A stretch of DNA of 64,000 bases, taken from contig JBAZWB010000001.1 of assembly GCA_041660605.1 (NCBI GenBank), positions 750,503 through 814,502 of the forward strand, read 5' to 3'. Source of the DNA: Patescibacteria group bacterium (GTDB lineage Bacteria > Patescibacteriota > Patescibacteriia > UBA10025 > JAHIVO01). Position 1 is the stretch's first letter, and every line of letters starts with the position of its first letter. A model generated the notes under the pieces. That model saw only the letters and a list, made by a program, of their open reading frames with translations. It did not search any database and was not told the DNA's origin. Below, piece after piece: positions 61,350 to 64,000 of the stretch. Both the position numbers and the translations under genes were made by a program.

Positions 61350-62522
61350 ATGCCAAAACAATCCCCTTTCCGCACCATTATATATGTAAGATTAGACGCA
61401 TTTTTTACTGCTGTTGAAGAAGCATTGAATCCCTCCCTGCGCCAACACCCGGTAGTCGTCGTCGGCGACCCAAAAACCCGAAACCTGGTGGCCTGCCCGA
61501 ATTATCATGCGCGACAGCTGGGTATCAGAAAAAACATGCCTTTGCCAGATGCTTATCGATTGGCACCGCAGGCCAAATACCTAGCCGGCTCTTTCGCCCA
61601 TTACCGACAATTTTCAGAGGAATTTTTCCGCATCTTATCCCGTTTTACCAGCCAGATCGAGCCGGTTTCTCTCGACCAGGCATATCTGGACGTTACTGAC
61701 GCGCAAAGCCAGTGGATTTCCCCTGAACAGTTAGCTCAGGAAATTAAAAAGGTAATTTTTCAGGAATTGGAAATTACAGTTTCTGTCGGCATTGCGGCCA
61801 ATAAAGTCTGCGCCAAAGTCGCCTCAGAATGCCAGAAGCCCGATGCTCTGGTTTACGTACCTTATGGGCGCGAAAAAGAATTCCTTGCTCCAATGCCGGT
61901 CGGCAGCCTGCCTGGCATCGGTTCACGGACCGAAAAAGCCCTCAATGCCATGGGCATATTTCTTATTGGCCAGCTCGCTAACCAGCCTTTCCAGAATATG
62001 ATCAGGTCATTTGGGCCAAACGGTTTCTGTCTTTGGCAGCTGGCCAATGCCCTGGATGCGCGCGTGGTCGTCGTCCCGGGGCAGAAAAAATCCGTTTCCC
62101 GCAGCCAGACGTTTGAATTTTCTACCAGTGATCTGAATCTGCTGAAGCTATCCTACTTCAACCTGGCTAAAAAAGTCTGCGGTTCCTTGAAAACCGAGAA
62201 AAAACTTTGCCGGACGATCAGCCTGAAAATGAGCAATGATGGATTAACCTGGAAATCACGCCAGTACACTCTCCCCCGGGTCACGAACGACTCTTACAAA
62301 TGCCTGGAAATAATTAGTCGCATTATTGATGAAAATCCACAGGAATTAAAAAAAATACGTTCAGTTGGTTTATGCGTTTTAAATTTGGAAAATGAAAATT
62401 TACAGGCAAATCTTTTCGAACAGTCGTTTGATAAAATCAAAAAAATCCGCCAGTCTCTTATGAAGGTTAAAAATCAATTTAACTTTTCCTATAGCTTTAA
62501 GCAAAAACTGGTTACCTTTTAA
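61350..62522 (+). CDS. dinB: DNA polymerase IV (Y-family)
   Basis: IIYVRLDAFFTAVEE (catalytic Asp/Glu), SIDEAYLD-like LDQAYLDVT, little-finger domain. Confidence 0.85.
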   Translation: MPKQSPFRTIIYVRLDAFFTAVEEALNPSLRQHPVVVVGDPKTRNLVACPNYHARQLGIRKNMPLPDAYRLAPQAKYLAGSFAHYRQFSEEFFRILSRFTSQIEPVSLDQAYLDVTDAQSQWISPEQLAQEIKKVIFQELEITVSVGIAANKVCAKVASECQKPDALVYVPYGREKEFLAPMPVGSLPGIGSRTEKALNAMGIFLIGQLANQPFQNMIRSFGPNGFCLWQLANALDARVVVVPGQKKSVSRSQTFEFSTSDLNLLKLSYFNLAKKVCGSLKTEKKLCRTISLKMSNDGLTWKSRQYTLPRVTNDSYKCLEIISRIIDENPQELKKIRSVGLCVLNLENENLQANLFEQSFDKIKKIRQSLMKVKNQFNFSYSFKQKLVTF

Positions 62523-62944
62523 TGAAAAACTTGCTTCTTTGATTTAGTGATATTCGGTTCTGCGTTATATACGGGCTTAGCTAATGTCCAGCGCTTCCCA
62601 ATCTTTAAGCGCTGAGCGCCAAGCACGGCTAATTTTTCAGCACTTTCAAATTCCGAGCGGCTAATCCCGACAATTGGCACATTGAGAGCAAAGCTAAAAG
62701 TATTGGCGGTAACTACGCCAACCCGTACTGAAGTAAAGTTGCCAGGGCCGGTTACTACTACTATGCCCTTTAAGCTGCTGCAAAGCACCCCTTTGCCTCG
62801 CAGAAAACTGTCTATAGACGGGAGTATTTTTTCCGACTGCATTAACTGGCCGTGTACGATTTTCCTGAATTTTATTTTGCCTTTTATGTCTGATAAGCCA
62901 ATATAAAAATTATCGTATTGCGTTGTATCGATTATTAATAGCAT
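62519..62944 (-). CDS. TsaB/YeaZ-like (Kae1/TsaD-fold) N-terminal-domain protein, short
   Basis: MLLIIDTTQ... ASKHA-fold N-terminal motif, only 141 aa. Overlaps the dinB stop. Confidence 0.4.
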   Translation of the reverse strand: MLLIIDTTQYDNFYIGLSDIKGKIKFRKIVHGQLMQSEKILPSIDSFLRGKGVLCSSLKGIVVVTGPGNFTSVRVGVVTANTFSFALNVPIVGISRSEFESAEKLAVLGAQRLKIGKRWTLAKPVYNAEPNITKSKKQVFH

Positions 62945-62946
62945 GT

Positions 62947-63510
62947 TTATTTTGTGAAAATCTTATCAGTAATGACGATCTTCTGGTTTTCCAGTATGGT
63001 ATAAAGGAATTTATCGGTTAAATCGTTGCGGTATTCAAATTCTTTTTTCGTCATGATCGTATAGCGTATTTTTTTATCGAAATCTTTGTGGAATTCGTTG
63101 ACCAGCCTTTTTAGTTTTTTTCGGTTAACCTTCCCCACTATCAATATATCGGTCTGTGCATTGACCACTCCGGTAAATAATCCGGTCAGTACCAAATAAG
63201 AGATCTGTCCGATTTTTTTGATATTTTTCGCCAGACTTCTTTCCATAGTCATCTGGGATTTCAGCATCAAAGATTTAAGTTCAGGATATAGCGTAAAATC
63301 AGTATTAACCCTATAAAATTTTTTTTGACCGACTTGATGTGGTGAAACCAGTCCCATTTCTTCTAAATTTTCTAATTCACGGCGAACTGAATTAATGCGC
63401 TCTTTAATCTTCCTGGTTAACTCACGGACAAAATAGTCGTTATCCGGATTCGTCAAAAAAATTCTCAGCAATTTTACGCGCGTTCGTGAACCAAATAATT
63501 GTTCAAGCAT
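62947..63510 (-). CDS. Winged-helix DNA-binding protein with C-terminal nucleotidyltransferase-like domain
   Basis: N-terminal wHTH (DYFVRELTRKIKERINSVRRELENLEEMGLV). C-terminal DILIVGK...KEFEYRND region resembling the minimal NTase fold. Confidence 0.45.
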   Translation of the reverse strand: MLEQLFGSRTRVKLLRIFLTNPDNDYFVRELTRKIKERINSVRRELENLEEMGLVSPHQVGQKKFYRVNTDFTLYPELKSLMLKSQMTMERSLAKNIKKIGQISYLVLTGLFTGVVNAQTDILIVGKVNRKKLKRLVNEFHKDFDKKIRYTIMTKKEFEYRNDLTDKFLYTILENQKIVITDKIFTK

Positions 63511-63585
63511 ATATTTTCAGGCTTTACTTCTTCTCTTGAATGTATTATAATATTTTTGGAAAAAAGAAGCAAGCAAACTTAAAAA

Positions 63586-64000
63586 ATGTCCAGTTATTCT
63601 ATAATTTTTGACCGTCTACTTATCTGCGATCCGGATAAAAGCCGGTCAATCTGCCATATATTTATTTCACATCAATCACCCGCTGAAGAGAGCAGTTTGG
63701 GCAAGCTTTTTTTAATTACGGAGATTAGCAGCCACGATAAAATTAACATGGAGATTATCAATGCCATCCATGAAGAACTGAAAATCAGCTATTACAATAC
63801 TGAGGATTTGAATATTGAAACAGCCTTCGAAAAAGCATTGGAATCTGCTAACCAGAGAATTGCCGATATGGTTGGAGACTATGAAACAAACTGGCTGGAC
63901 AAGCTTAACACCATCGCTGCTGTGATAAATAAGAATACTCTATTCATCAGCAATATCGGAACGATGCACGCTTTTTTGATACGCGGGTCGAAAATTACCA
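63586..64000 (+). CDS. Partial CDS (N-terminal 138 aa; runs off window end), hypothetical
   Basis: ATG at 63586. Manual translation (MSSYSIIFDRLLICDPDKSRS...) has no stop through 64000. Confidence 0.35.
   Translation, partial: MSSYSIIFDRLLICDPDKSRSICHIFISHQSPAEESSLGKLFLITEISSHDKINMEIINAIHEELKISYYNTEDLNIETAFEKALESANQRIADMVGDYETNWLDKLNTIAAVINKNTLFISNIGTMHAFLIRGSKIT

Noticed and set aside
465-62906. Numerous 60-200-aa ORFs on the opposite strand of long genes (e.g. 465..764, 1875..2426, 6702..7085, 18305..18517, 23819..24355, 37091..37702, 56061..56408, 57906..58334, 60899..61210)
   Set aside because: They are fully nested antisense within well-supported conserved genes. They have no start context or independent motifs, and their low-complexity translations are typical of spurious antisense ORFs.

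Overview
This window is a low-GC, gene-dense bacterial segment with short intergenic spacers, few Shine-Dalgarno-like leaders and several 'four-helix-bundle' (23S-rRNA-IVS-type) genes. It looks like an uncultivated, fermentative lineage, possibly Patescibacteria/CPR, but that is inference only. I found no rRNA, tRNA or CRISPR.

Left to right the content is:
- 1-3000: a polysaccharide-biosynthesis fragment (Wzz-like, GT4, WbaP-like priming transferase).
- ~2996-3524: a divergent intergenic region with four co-varying GC-clamped hairpins.
- 3.6-15 kb: housekeeping genes (GDPD, RNase H, RecJ, prs, ABC transporter, Dus, NUDIX).
- 15.8-26.9 kb: a same-strand fermentation/glycolysis block (pfkB, korAB, ackA, PduL, two tandem iPGM paralogs, eno, pgk).
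- 27.0-35.3 kb: a group-3b-type [NiFe] hydrogenase operon (hydB-G-D-A plus hypC and a HypA-like stub), split by inserted eamA, arsR, an Ldh_2 dehydrogenase and a four-helix-bundle gene, with repeated ~125-bp leader elements.
- 35.3-40.1 kb: a 7TM-GAF sensor histidine kinase, a GNAT acetyltransferase and an alpha-oxoamine synthase.
- 40.4-44.8 kb: a GC-richer cluster of membrane-anchored or secreted proteins including an M23 peptidase lipoprotein.
- 44.9-52.9 kb: a ~7.9-kb block bounded by ~30-bp GC-rich inverted repeats. It holds three kinase-less 7TM-GAF paralogs, three four-helix-bundle genes each bracketed by their own inverted repeats, an asparaginase homologue with both catalytic Thr replaced, and a nucleoside-deoxyribosyltransferase-like/RHH fusion.
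- 52.9-54.1 kb: a 1.2-kb ORF-free region with sigma70-like promoters and rho-independent terminators, likely ncRNA.
- 54.1-59.3 kb: the dcw cluster (murF-ftsI-ftsL-rsmH-mraZ) with a MraZ-operator-like repeat array.
- 59.7-64.0 kb: lexA-dinB with a shared 16-mer candidate operator.

All calls come from reading the sequence and ORF translations by eye. No database searches were run.
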